Below are positions 16,316 to 25,649 of a stretch of DNA of 32,000 nucleotides, piece by piece. A program made the translations under genes and the position numbers. Within the stretch, counting starts at the first letter, position 1, and the number at the start of each line of letters is the position of its first letter. The notes under the pieces were generated by a model that searched no databases, was not told the DNA's origin, and saw only the letters and a program-made list of their open reading frames with translations. Source of the stretch: Candidatus Electrothrix yaqonensis (lineage in GTDB: Bacteria; Desulfobacterota; Desulfobulbia; Desulfobulbales; Desulfobulbaceae); contig CP178758.1 of assembly GCA_047651235.1 (NCBI GenBank), positions 3,180,001 to 3,212,000 of the forward strand. Reading direction: 5' to 3'.

Positions 16316-16646
16316 GTGCTTATTTTTCTCCTGAAAGAATTCATGCAGAAACAGGCGGTGCTGAACCTGTTCTCTCCGGGGGAATTTTCCGCCTGCTGCA
16401 AAGCAGGATACTATACTTATTTTTACAGGAAAAGGCTACACATTCCCTATATTGACTCTGTATTGACCTGCAGTGCGGAAGACCGGAAATAAAATCAGGA
16501 GAAAAGACAGGCATTCTGCTGTGAAGAAAATACCTGGCAGGAAATGTATCTTTGCCGTATGATATTTTTATCTTCTCTGAATTCAGCAGGTAAAAGCAGT
16601 AAGGTGAGGCGGTAAAGTGAATATCCACTGATATACTTTCTTTTGT

Positions 16647-18185
16647 GTGACGGGTTTTGTTATGACAGAACGTACAGACAGGGCAGGCCGGGAACCGGAG
16701 AGTTGTTCCGGAATGCAGGATAATGAGCTGATTCCCATGATTCTCGGATTTGCCGAGAAAAAGACATTCAACGCAGGCGAGGCAATTCTTGACCCGGAGA
16801 CTGGTTCTGCACGTTTTTACTATGTGATAAGCGGTTCAGTGGAAGTGAATTATATCCATGAGGCAGGAACCAGAATTACTGTCGCCCTGATAGGCGAGGA
16901 AGAATTCTTCGGGGAAATAGGCTATTTTGACGGGGTATCTAGGGTGCGTGACATCCGGGCTGCCGATGCGGTCCGGATAGCAGTCTTCACGTCCCAAGTT
17001 ATGCAGAATATCCAGCAGCATGACCCTGTTCTGTACAGTGATTTTCTGGAGTATCTTATCACCAGGATCTGCGCGAGATTCAGGAGGATCATCAAGGAAA
17101 GCGAACCGGTGGCCTCGTATGCCGCCTCGCTGTCTTCAGGTTCCGGCCTCCATTACAGTGATGCCATGCTTCTGCCGCAGGAGCTTATCACTTCTGCAGA
17201 GTGGCGTAAGGTCACGGCAGCTGTGGAAGGCATAAAAACCGAACTTTTTGATCTGGCCCACCGGCTTCAGCAGCACGATGCTGCGGGTATTGCTGCCGAA
17301 GACACAGAAGTCCGCTGCTTCCAGGTACTGAAAAAATTCGCTGTTCTGCTGCCGGAACTCCATAAGCTAATGGAAGGTACCGAATATGAGAAGCATCTCT
17401 GGGGTTATATTTTCAAAGAAATCTATCCGTATTTTATGCGCAGCCGTCTTGCCGAACGATCCTATTTCAAACCCAAAGGATATGCCGGTGATTTTCTGAT
17501 GATGGAGCATATCTACAAGAATATCCCTGCCGGTGAAGGCAGACTCGGTGAACTTATTGATGCCTTCTGTCTTGCCGGTCATGGCCCCCGGGCCATCCGC
17601 GGTCGCCGTGTTCTGCTGCGCAATCAGCTGGCAGCGCTGACCGGACCGCTGGCTGAGTCCGGTCAGGACATCAATATCATGAATCTTGCCTGCGGTTCCG
17701 GCCGGGAGCTCTTTGATTTTCTTCGGGACTGCACATATAGCCAAGCCATCAGTATCCTGTGCGTGGATATTGATCCGGATGCCCTCCAGCACATCAGTTC
17801 TCAGGCGGAGACCTTTCCCCACAGGGCATCAATACGCCTGATGCAGGAAAATATTATTGAATGGGCGCTTGGTCATACGCAGCAGGAATTTCCCAGGCAG
17901 GATATTATCTATTCCGTGGGGCTCTGCGATTATCTGGACAAAAGTCTGGCCAGGGCATTGATCAGACAGTGCTGCAATCATCTGAATTCCGGCGGTGTTC
18001 TGATTTTAGGCAATTTTACCTGGTATCCTGAATCGCTTTTTATGAGTAATTTTATAAAATGGGAGCTGATTTACCGGACCCGCGATGAAATGGCGGCATT
18101 ATTTGACGACATGGATTTCGTCTCTGTGGAAATTCTGTCTGAAGAAAACAACATCAACCTCTTTGCTGTGGCGCGGAAAGAGTAG
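16647..18185 (+). CDS. Cyclic-nucleotide-binding (CAP_ED-like) domain fused to a class I SAM-dependent methyltransferase
   Basis: 512 aa. The N-terminus FNAGEAIL...YYVISGSVEV...IGEEEFFGEIGYFDGVSRVRDIRAADAVRI is a cNMP-binding beta-barrel pattern. The C-terminus INIMNLACGSGRELFDFL (motif I), VDIDPDAL and DIIYSVGLCDYLDKSLARALI...LNSGGVLILGNF is a methyltransferase fold. The start is uncertain (GTG 16647, ATG 16662 or ATG 16713). Confidence 0.78.
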   Translation: MTGFVMTERTDRAGREPESCSGMQDNELIPMILGFAEKKTFNAGEAILDPETGSARFYYVISGSVEVNYIHEAGTRITVALIGEEEFFGEIGYFDGVSRVRDIRAADAVRIAVFTSQVMQNIQQHDPVLYSDFLEYLITRICARFRRIIKESEPVASYAASLSSGSGLHYSDAMLLPQELITSAEWRKVTAAVEGIKTELFDLAHRLQQHDAAGIAAEDTEVRCFQVLKKFAVLLPELHKLMEGTEYEKHLWGYIFKEIYPYFMRSRLAERSYFKPKGYAGDFLMMEHIYKNIPAGEGRLGELIDAFCLAGHGPRAIRGRRVLLRNQLAALTGPLAESGQDINIMNLACGSGRELFDFLRDCTYSQAISILCVDIDPDALQHISSQAETFPHRASIRLMQENIIEWALGHTQQEFPRQDIIYSVGLCDYLDKSLARALIRQCCNHLNSGGVLILGNFTWYPESLFMSNFIKWELIYRTRDEMAALFDDMDFVSVEILSEENNINLFAVARKE

Positions 18186-18238
18186 TATCCCCCCAAAAAA
18201 AGAACATGGAGAATCCCGGCTCAGCTTCCGGCTGCGGT

Positions 18239-20221
18239 TCAGCCTGTTTCAGCCTGTAATGCCTCGCTGACAGCACGTCCGAGAGCTTTTATTGAATAAG
18301 GCTTGCTGATAAATCCTGATGCTCCGAGCCGGAGGAGAGTTTTTGCTTCACCGCTTTCGGAAAATCCGCTGACAACAATGGCCTTCTGTTCAGGATACAG
18401 TTTAATGATTTCTTCATAGGTCTGACGTCCGTTCATGCCGGGTTCCATCAGCATATCCAGCATGATGAGATCGACAGGCGTGCTGCCGACAAAGTCGAGC
18501 GCCGCTTCACCGGAAGAGACCGTATCCACTCTGTAGCCCAGGTGGGTCAGCATCTTATCTGCAATATCAAGAAGCTGCCGGTCGTCATCTACCACCAGGA
18601 TATGTTCGTTGTTCCCTGCAATATTTTTTTCCCGGATATCGGCCTGCCGGGTCTGTTTTTTTCTGCCTGCGCCGGGGAAATACAAATGAAAGCAGGTTCC
18701 TTTGTCGCTGCTTGCTACAGTGACCTTGCCGTTATGATCCTCCATAGTATTCCAGACCACTGACAGGCCCAGACCGCTACCGCTTTTTCCCATGATTTTT
18801 GTGCTGTAGAACGGCTCAAAAATACGATCCAGTACATCTGCCGGGATACCCGGCCCGCTGTCTTCAACACGGAGGACAACATATTCACCGGACGGCGGGC
18901 TGTTTCCGCTGACCGCACTGTCGGCATCTGTTCCGTCAACATCTTTAATATTGTCAATGCGCTGATTACAGGTCGAGATAATCACTGTCCCTTTTTCTGC
19001 AACTGCTTCTGCTGCGTTGAGCACCAGATTCATGATGCATTTGCTCACATGGATGGCAGAACAGGACATATTGGCATCTGCAGCAGTAAGTCGCTGCTCA
19101 TAGCGGATATCCGGATACAGCGATTGGACATGACGGAATTCCGGAGAATCCAGATATTCCTGAACAAGGGTATTCAGATCGTATACGCCTCTGGTACTGG
19201 CAGCACCGCGGGCAATAGTAAGCAGATCGGCCACAACTGTTGCAGCTTTCTGCCCTGATTCGCGGATTGCCTCAAGGGCGGGACGCAGGTCGCTGTTTTC
19301 AGGCAGTTTCAGCAGGAGCAGCTCAGGATATCCTATCGTCCCTGAAAGGATATTGTTCAGATCGTGGGCAACTCCGCTGGCCATCAGGCCGATGGATTCC
19401 ATTCTCTGGCGGCGCTGCAGCTGCTCCTGGATACATTTCTGCTCCTTTTCCATACGGATCCGCTCGGCCATTTCCCGTTTGAGCTGCAGATGCGCTTTGA
19501 CCACTTCCGCAGTCCGTTCCTGAACCCGTTCTTCCAGCCTGTCACGTGCGTTTCTGACCTTTTCCTGCTCGATCTTCAGGAGTTCCTGCATAAAAAAATC
19601 ACGTCTGGCATAATATTCAAAAGCATACGAAGAGAACATGCCGATCAGATTGGCACTGATACAAAAAAAATTGTTGTTTATCAGAACGGGAATGGGCACA
19701 TCGATAAGGAAAAGTGTTGTCATTTCATAAAGTATCACTATTGTCCAGCCGGAAAATGTCGCCCAGATAAAACGTAATCTTGTCCCGGTATAGCTCACCA
19801 TAAAGACAAGTATCAGGCCCATATAATATGCATACGTAATCGGCGGTGACGCAACCAGGACCATGCATACAATCCCGCCGCCTGCGAGAATGGCTGTAGC
19901 GGATGCTGCAGGCTGCATAATCCTGTGCCATTGTTTTGTATACGTAAGAGCAAAGACAAACAGAGCGAACGGACAGTATACTGCGTAACGGATAATCCAG
20001 AAGAATATCTTGTTCTCCGGGGTAACAAGGGCATCAAGAATACCGAAAGAGCCGTAAAGCAGGACACTGAATAAAGCAGTAAGACGAATTATGAAGACTG
20101 AGCTGGCAACGTATTGCCGCAGAAATTTTTTTTCCAGATGGCGCTGCCCGTGGCGGAACGCAAGAGTGACTGGATGCAGTGACATTTTGGGGGAGTCCGG
20201 GGACACGATATCATTCTTCAT
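18239..20221 (-). CDS. Hybrid sensor histidine kinase / response regulator with multi-pass membrane N-terminal module
   Basis: 660 aa. About 6 TM helices are followed by a coiled coil, the H-box MASGVAHDLNNILSG, an HATPase_c domain (NLVLNAAEA, EDSGPGIP, GSGLGLSVV) and a C-terminal REC domain (ILVVDDD...DLIMLDMLMPGMNG-like...SKPY). Confidence 0.88.
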   Translation of the reverse strand: MKNDIVSPDSPKMSLHPVTLAFRHGQRHLEKKFLRQYVASSVFIIRLTALFSVLLYGSFGILDALVTPENKIFFWIIRYAVYCPFALFVFALTYTKQWHRIMQPAASATAILAGGGIVCMVLVASPPITYAYYMGLILVFMVSYTGTRLRFIWATFSGWTIVILYEMTTLFLIDVPIPVLINNNFFCISANLIGMFSSYAFEYYARRDFFMQELLKIEQEKVRNARDRLEERVQERTAEVVKAHLQLKREMAERIRMEKEQKCIQEQLQRRQRMESIGLMASGVAHDLNNILSGTIGYPELLLLKLPENSDLRPALEAIRESGQKAATVVADLLTIARGAASTRGVYDLNTLVQEYLDSPEFRHVQSLYPDIRYEQRLTAADANMSCSAIHVSKCIMNLVLNAAEAVAEKGTVIISTCNQRIDNIKDVDGTDADSAVSGNSPPSGEYVVLRVEDSGPGIPADVLDRIFEPFYSTKIMGKSGSGLGLSVVWNTMEDHNGKVTVASSDKGTCFHLYFPGAGRKKQTRQADIREKNIAGNNEHILVVDDDRQLLDIADKMLTHLGYRVDTVSSGEAALDFVGSTPVDLIMLDMLMEPGMNGRQTYEEIIKLYPEQKAIVVSGFSESGEAKTLLRLGASGFISKPYSIKALGRAVSEALQAETG

Positions 20222-20571
20222 TGTTTTGAGGAAAAAAGATATGCCGTTTGTGCAGATACATTTTCTGATCGGATATTCTGAGTACTTTTACGCAGGAAGC
20301 ATAGCATGGCCCGGTATAATGCGCAATTTATTCTCATCGCCGTGTAGTTGCCGTGTAGTCGTGTGTATTGCAGCAGTATTTCAGTCTGTTGAACATTATT
20401 CACATTATTCTGCCGGGCCGGAAAAGTTCTGCTGTGCAGGCAGACAGGAAAAGCTGACTAAAAGCTGATTATACGGGAAGGAGAAGGGGAGTAAATGTTG
20501 AAACCGTTAGAATCAGGCATCATAACGCGGAGACAATGTTACGCTTCATTGCTGCTCCGGTTCGTTCCGAT

Positions 20572-21405
20572 TTATAGCGGCTGGCAGCAGGAACAGAAGA
20601 AGGTGGCCCGTCCGGCAATGACGCTTTTTTCAAGAGCAAGGCCGCACCGGGGACAGGGCGTTCCCTCCTTTCCGTACACTGCAAGCTGCAGCTGGAAATA
20701 GCCGGACTCGCCGCTGGCTCCGAGGAAATCCGAAATTGTGGAACCGCCTGCCTCGATTGCCTTGGTCAGGATGCGTACAGCAGTGTCTACAACCTGCTGC
20801 CATTGCTGCTCTGACAGGGTGTTTGCTGGCGTCTGCGGATGAAGACCGGCAGCAAAAAGGATTTCATTGGCGTAGATATTGCCGATCCCGCTGATCCGGT
20901 GTGCATCCATGAGAAAGTTTTTCACTGGCTGTCTGCTCTTTCCGGCAAGCTGCAGCAGAGCACTGCCGGTAAATTCCCGACTGAACGGTTCTATTCCCTG
21001 TCGGGAAACAAATTCCTGTTCAAGCTCCTTGGCCTGCTCTGACGGCCAGAGCGCTATACTGCCGAAGCGGCGGGTATCGTTCTGGCGAATTTCCATCCCG
21101 TTATCCAGGAACAGAATCAAATGATCATGTTTTGCCTGCGCTGCTGCTCCGGGAAACACACCCAGTCTGCCGGTCATGCCGAGATGGATAACCAGAGTAC
21201 CGCTGTCCTGCAGGCGGATGAGCAGATATTTTGCGCGCCGGTCAACCGTGCTGATACTTTTCCCGCAGAGACAGGCCTGCAGAAGTTCTTCCGGGACAGA
21301 CTGACGTAACGGTTTGCCGGAGCAGGAAACAGCCGTGATTGTACGCCCCGACACGTGAGGAAGCAGCCCCTGCCGGGTGACTTCAACTTCAGGCAGTTCA
21401 GGCAT
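20572..21405 (-). CDS. mutM: Formamidopyrimidine-DNA glycosylase (Fpg/MutM)
   Basis: 277 aa. It has the N-terminal catalytic MPELPEVE, an H2TH region, and a C-terminal zinc finger CPRCG...FFCSCCQ. Confidence 0.92.
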   Translation of the reverse strand: MPELPEVEVTRQGLLPHVSGRTITAVSCSGKPLRQSVPEELLQACLCGKSISTVDRRAKYLLIRLQDSGTLVIHLGMTGRLGVFPGAAAQAKHDHLILFLDNGMEIRQNDTRRFGSIALWPSEQAKELEQEFVSRQGIEPFSREFTGSALLQLAGKSRQPVKNFLMDAHRISGIGNIYANEILFAAGLHPQTPANTLSEQQWQQVVDTAVRILTKAIEAGGSTISDFLGASGESGYFQLQLAVYGKEGTPCPRCGLALEKSVIAGRATFFCSCCQPL

Positions 21406-22156
21406 GATTCGGTACCTGACTCGACCCCTGACTTATCGCCAGGACATAGGGCGGAAGGAGATAAACCTCGGCCTGGGCATCCTGGCCCTGCACTGTGCAG
21501 GTAAAATGACAGGTATATCCGTTTACCGGCAGGATTGTTTCCACCTCTGTTTCGGAAAAAACAACAGACTGGTCATGAAGGATACTTTTTTTCAGGCATT
21601 CCTTGACCGCCCACAGCATGGTCAGCCAAGTATGCCGGTCATAGTCCGACTGACCGGCAAGCAGGGTCAGTTCCCTGTCCGAGGCAAAGTATTTTGTCAG
21701 AGATGAGAGTTTGTCGGATATTCTCTGCAGATCAATGCCGCAGGCCGTCTGGCCTTCCGCTGCCAGCGCAACAGCGTATCCGCCGCTATGGGAAATGGAC
21801 ACGGAAAAATCGATCGTTTTGCCGTGTCCTCCTCCGACAATCGGAAGCCCATATCTATTGGGCAGGACGCTCAGCTGACGCACATCATCTGTCTTTTTTC
21901 CGGCCTGCAGGGCCGCCTTGACCGCAATTCGTCCACCTAACCATTCTTTCCGCCGTTTCAGATAACGAAATTTTCTAAAATAGATCTGCTCTGCATCGGA
22001 TAACGTTGCCCGTTCCAGGTACCCATTGCTGTCCTGCAGCGCGTACTCCACCTGAGCAAGATCAACAAGGGCGAGCGGACCGTGCGTATCCTGTCTGGTG
22101 CGGACTGTCAGACCGAAACAGTCTACAACGGTCGGGAAAAAAAAATAAATGTCCAT
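21398..22156 (-). CDS. 4'-phosphopantetheinyl transferase superfamily protein (Sfp-type)
   Basis: 252 aa. Motifs present are KRRKEWLGGRIAVKAAL, FSVSISHSGGYAVALA, CGIDLQRI and WAVKECLKKS (the W/F-x-x-KE-x-x-K motif). Its stop overlaps the mutM start by 8 nt. Confidence 0.75.
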   Translation of the reverse strand: MDIYFFFPTVVDCFGLTVRTRQDTHGPLALVDLAQVEYALQDSNGYLERATLSDAEQIYFRKFRYLKRRKEWLGGRIAVKAALQAGKKTDDVRQLSVLPNRYGLPIVGGGHGKTIDFSVSISHSGGYAVALAAEGQTACGIDLQRISDKLSSLTKYFASDRELTLLAGQSDYDRHTWLTMLWAVKECLKKSILHDQSVVFSETEVETILPVNGYTCHFTCTVQGQDAQAEVYLLPPYVLAISQGSSQVPNHA

Positions 22157-22266
22157 AACGCCGCAGAAAGAGGATGCTTGTCAAATGAAAAGACTGCTGT
22201 ATAATGAAGTACTGTTTGTACAGTGCTTTCTTAACCTATTTTAACCTATTCCCCGGAGATACTGCC

Positions 22267-22908
22267 GTGAGCTTCAACGATATCAGTCTGTTTGATTATC
22301 TTCTTGTTGCTGTTCTGCTTCTCTTTACAGGGCATGGCGTCTGGGCAGGCTTTATGCGTCAGCTTGCCACCTTCTTTGCCTTTATCGGCAGTTATTGGTT
22401 TGCAGGCCAATATACCGGTAAGCTGCTTCCCCATGTCCAACAGGTTACCGGGAATCCGAAGGTTGTTTTTCTTGGCTTTTTTACCATTCTGCTGCTCGCT
22501 TCGGTGTTGATTTTCCATCTCATCCGCCTGCTGTTGCGCAAAATTATCCAGGTCAAACTTCTGAACTGGGTTGACCGTTTTTTCCTCGGGTTATTGCTCG
22601 GACTCGGCAAAGGTGGATTGACAGCGGTTCTTTTCTATATGGTTGCGGCTTCTTCTCTTGCACCTGCTGATCAATTTTTCCGCAATGCTCTGAGTGCTCC
22701 CTATCTTGCTCAAGGGGCGGCTCTTGCCCGTCGCTGCATTCTGCACCCCAAGGTCAGAGCGGCTTTTCTGCCCAAGCAGGTGGACGATAAAAAGAAAAAG
22801 GAAGAACAGCATACTGCTCCTCCTCCGGCAGATAGGACAGATAGAGCAGCAGGGCAGGGTGATCAGGAGGACGATCCGGCTGCCAGTACGGAAATTCTGA
22901 CCCGTTAG
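22267..22908 (+). CDS. cvpA: CvpA family membrane protein
   Basis: The ORF is open from ATG 22204. I prefer GTG 22267, which has GGAGA 8 nt upstream and leaves room for divergent promoters. The N-terminus FDYLLVAVLLLFTGHGVWAGFMRQL matches the CvpA pattern (E. coli ...IDYAIIAVIAFSSLVSLIRGFVRE...). It has 4 TM segments and a charged Lys/Asp-rich tail. Confidence 0.78.
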   Translation: MSFNDISLFDYLLVAVLLLFTGHGVWAGFMRQLATFFAFIGSYWFAGQYTGKLLPHVQQVTGNPKVVFLGFFTILLLASVLIFHLIRLLLRKIIQVKLLNWVDRFFLGLLLGLGKGGLTAVLFYMVAASSLAPADQFFRNALSAPYLAQGAALARRCILHPKVRAAFLPKQVDDKKKKEEQHTAPPPADRTDRAAGQGDQEDDPAASTEILTR

Positions 22909-22913
22909 GGGGG

Positions 22914-23441
22914 CTATTCTACCTCAACCAATACAGCAGGAACCGTTGCTTTATACAGCAGCCATTTCCGCCCGCTGTCCTTCTCATTCTTTTTCAGGAA
23001 GAGGTCAACTGGTGCCTGCAGTTGTGTCGGCTCATGCTGCGGCTCTTTCCGCTCCAGAAAGACCGTTGTTGTCACCTCAGCCTTTCCCTTTTCCGGAAGG
23101 GTAATCAGCATATCTGCAAAACTGACCGTCATAGTCTCGTAACGGTTACGATAATACATCAGGTACTGGATAATCAGGTCCTCTTCTACAGTTTCGTTGA
23201 AGTTACGCTCCGGGATCACTACGATATTCTTGTCAGACAGCTGGAGTTTGATCTCCCGTATCTTCAGAGCCATCTCCATCGTGCTTTCTTCTTCCTCTTT
23301 GCTCACATCCCAAGAGAGTTCAAGGAGCTGGCGCTTAATCACCTGTTTATCGGAGAAATACCAAGCCAGCCAGCCGAGCAGCAGAATCGCGGGGACTAAA
23401 AGGAGAATGTATTTCTTGTTTATAGCTGCCAAATTCTTCAT
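22914..23441 (-). CDS. Hypothetical N-terminally membrane-anchored protein
   Basis: 175 aa. It has a single N-terminal TM (YILLLVPAILLLGWLAWYF). The remainder is soluble with no family recognised. It is convergent with cvpA, with only 5 nt between the stops. Confidence 0.6.
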   Translation of the reverse strand: MKNLAAINKKYILLLVPAILLLGWLAWYFSDKQVIKRQLLELSWDVSKEEEESTMEMALKIREIKLQLSDKNIVVIPERNFNETVEEDLIIQYLMYYRNRYETMTVSFADMLITLPEKGKAEVTTTVFLERKEPQHEPTQLQAPVDLFLKKNEKDSGRKWLLYKATVPAVLVEVE

Positions 23442-23596
23442 ATCGATATCAGTAGAAAGTCAGTATGGATCGAATTTATTTGAAGTTATACAGAAACAAC
23501 ACGTCGGGCGGGAAAGGGCCGCTGCTCTGTCTGAATGAGTCCGGAGCAGCGGTGAAAAACGTGGAGCGGCCAGCCGCTGAAAAGGTCAGCCACTAA

Positions 23597-24715
23597 TCAT
23601 TTTATCTTGCGGCATTCGCGGATATAATCCTTGGTCAGCGCAGGATGTGAGCTGATGATTTCCCCGTTGCTGCTGTCGAGCTCCTGAACAAGAAAGTTGA
23701 TGACCTGTTTATAGGTCATATTTTTATGCAGAGTGGATTGTACCAGGTCAGCGATTTTTTCCTTATCCTCAGGATTGTCAAAATAACTGAAAATCCGATG
23801 CTCCTCTTTATCTTCTGCTGCAGAGGCAGAAGCCGGGCCTTGTTCCTGAGCGGAGAGCACGGTTGCGTTATCTGACGCTGCCTGCAGGGCTTTGTCCGCC
23901 TTCTCTTTGACCTGACTCAGTTCAGACTGCATGGCAACGATATCATTCTGCAGGGGAGAAATATCAACAGGCTCAGGCTGTGCAGGTTGGGTGTTCTGCT
24001 GCTGTTCCAGCGTCTGAATCCGTCCGGGAAGGTCACCGAGGATTTTTTCCGATGAGATATCCTGCACCTGACTGGCTGTCTGTTCAACACAGCTCTGCAT
24101 GGTATTGACAGCGTCCTGAATACCGTCAAGCGAATGCACAGCATCCTGCACCTCATGACTCAGGGATTCGAGCTGACTGGTGCTTGCCATGTCCACAGTC
24201 AGCTGTTCCAGATCCTCAATCCGGGATGTAAGCTGCGCTATTTTCTTGGTGAGTACATCACGCGTCCTGTGCAGGTGTTCCCGAATGCGGCCAATTTCAT
24301 CATTCATTTTTTTTTTCTGCTGGTCGTCCTGTTCCAGGACGATGCTGGTCGGTCCCGCAGGTTCCGGACAGCAGGACTGCACTGGGCAGCCGCATTGTCC
24401 GCTGGTGGACAGAGCAGCCAGAAGCTGGCTTTTCAGAAACTGAAGGAGATCGTTGTACATCCTGGAAGAGACTGCCGGGTCGAACAGAGCGACCGCACCG
24501 AAAAAAATTGCAAACAGAACCAACAGACAGAAGAGTACCGCAAATGTCATGCCGATGAGCCACTGCAGAGCTTTCAGGACGGTCATGATGACCAGACCGA
24601 GAGAACCCCATATGGTTGCTTCCGGGCTGCTTCCGGTCAGGTGAAGCAGCAGGGTCAGCAGGACAAGTATGATTGCGGAATTGATGAGTGGTTTCTGCAG
24701 AGTGTTGTTTTTCAT
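23597..24715 (-). CDS. Hypothetical membrane protein with long coiled-coil/Gln-rich region
   Basis: The ORF is open to 24784. The start is placed at ATG 24715 (MKNNTLQKPL, AAAGAGGG upstream). Three predicted TM helices are followed by a helical region with reiterated ...VQDAV...IQDAV...QVQDI... motifs and a C-terminal globular tail. No family was recognised. Confidence 0.6.
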   Translation of the reverse strand: MKNNTLQKPLINSAIILVLLTLLLHLTGSSPEATIWGSLGLVIMTVLKALQWLIGMTFAVLFCLLVLFAIFFGAVALFDPAVSSRMYNDLLQFLKSQLLAALSTSGQCGCPVQSCCPEPAGPTSIVLEQDDQQKKKMNDEIGRIREHLHRTRDVLTKKIAQLTSRIEDLEQLTVDMASTSQLESLSHEVQDAVHSLDGIQDAVNTMQSCVEQTASQVQDISSEKILGDLPGRIQTLEQQQNTQPAQPEPVDISPLQNDIVAMQSELSQVKEKADKALQAASDNATVLSAQEQGPASASAAEDKEEHRIFSYFDNPEDKEKIADLVQSTLHKNMTYKQVINFLVQELDSSNGEIISSHPALTKDYIRECRKIK

Positions 24716-24972
24716 AAAGCTACCCTCTTTCACTGAAAATAAAATATGTAGAGTATTGAATACGATGAATTGTCGAGGAATCACCGGAATGGCGACTTGT
24801 TGTCGTTTCTGGAAAATATAGAGAAAGAAGCAGGCGTTTCAAACTTCCTCCGGCACTGCCTGACACTGCAATAGATCGAGTCTTTACTCAATAATCTGTT
24901 TCTGCTTCAATATCAACCGGTTTTTCCATTTATGGTATCATTTTGTTTGTTCCTGCGAATTGAATCAGGGGC

Positions 24973-25245
24973 TCAATGGGAATGGTCATGGTCTCCGAGA
25001 AACAATTCGTGGTACTCTTTTTCCTCCAGATGCTTATGCAGGATACCGGTCAGCTGCCGGACAAGCTGCATAATCTCGTCCTCATCAAGTCGGGGAATAA
25101 GAGCCTGCAGCAGTTCTTCCCTAGTAAACAGACGCAGAAAAAGGAGCAGGGACTGCTCATCGGTTGTTCGGTTCAGGCCGAAACAGATCTGTTCAAAGCC
25201 GGTGCTGCTGCTGTTGTCTTTACTGTCTGTATTCTCTGTCTTCAT
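24973..25245 (-). CDS. Small hypothetical cytoplasmic protein with His-rich C-terminus
   Basis: 90 aa, ending in HELFLGDHDHSH. Its ATG overlaps the yjbQ stop in an ATGA overlap at 25242-25245, which suggests translational coupling. Confidence 0.55.
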   Translation of the reverse strand: MKTENTDSKDNSSSTGFEQICFGLNRTTDEQSLLLFLRLFTREELLQALIPRLDEDEIMQLVRQLTGILHKHLEEKEYHELFLGDHDHSH

Positions 25246-25649
25246 CCGGCCAGGATCTTCCAGTTGACTTTTCTGGTTCTCGGCCCGTCATATTCACAGA
25301 AAAAAATACGCTGCCAAGTACCTAACTGCAGCTTGCCTTCCGCAAGAATAACCGTCACTGAGCTGCCGGTCAGGGTTGCCATCATGTGTGAGGGGGAATT
25401 TCCCTCGGCATGGCGGTAGGGATATGTGTGCGGGATAATGCTGCGGAACACACCGAGCAGGTCATGCTGTACAGCCGGATCGCATCCCTCATTGATGGTG
25501 AGACCGGCAGTGGTATGCGGATTGAACAGACAGAGGAGACCGTCGGTCACCGAGCTTTTTCCGACAGCCTGCCGGGCCTGTTCGGTGATATCGACAAATT
25601 CCATATCCGCAGTTGTCTCCAGAGAAAAGCTGCCTGCGTGTAGACTCAT
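25242..25649 (-). CDS. yjbQ: YjbQ/UPF0047 family protein (secondary thiamine-phosphate synthase-like)
   Basis: The ORF is open to 25754. The start is placed at ATG 25649 (AGGAGGA upstream; MSLHAGSFSLET...), giving 135 aa, similar in length to E. coli YjbQ. Family motifs are HTTAGLTINEGCDPAV.HD, GNSPSHMMATLTGSS and GTWQRIFFCEYDGPR. The ATGA overlap with the upstream lipoprotein stop lies at 25646-25649. Confidence 0.85.
   Translation of the reverse strand: MSLHAGSFSLETTADMEFVDITEQARQAVGKSSVTDGLLCLFNPHTTAGLTINEGCDPAVQHDLLGVFRSIIPHTYPYRHAEGNSPSHMMATLTGSSVTVILAEGKLQLGTWQRIFFCEYDGPRTRKVNWKILAG

Noticed and set aside
15596-16492. 298-aa plus-strand ORF, together with several other plus-strand ORFs between 12629 and 15524
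   Set aside because: All are antisense to gyrB and its intein. They have no motifs and no RBS.
20341-20410. Micro-repeats upstream of the histidine kinase (CGTGTAGT twice, ACATTATTC twice)
   Set aside because: Each is 8-9 nt and occurs only twice. This is within what chance or local slippage produces, and there is no supporting structure.
22906-22916. cvpA and the convergent hypothetical gene have stops only 5 nt apart, with no terminator hairpin
   Set aside because: This is a real observation but an ordinary case of tight convergent packing, with nothing further to interpret.
23519-23552. 9-bp GC stem (CCGCTGCTC ... GAGCAGCGG, 16-nt loop) downstream of the coiled-coil gene, considered as a terminator
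   Set aside because: No U-run follows it on the minus (transcribed) strand. A nearby smaller hairpin (23565-23578) followed by T5 has only a 5-6 bp stem. Neither is good enough to call.
24134-24736. 200-aa plus-strand ORF
   Set aside because: It is antisense to the coiled-coil membrane protein gene. The minus-strand frame has TM helices, an RBS and sensible composition.
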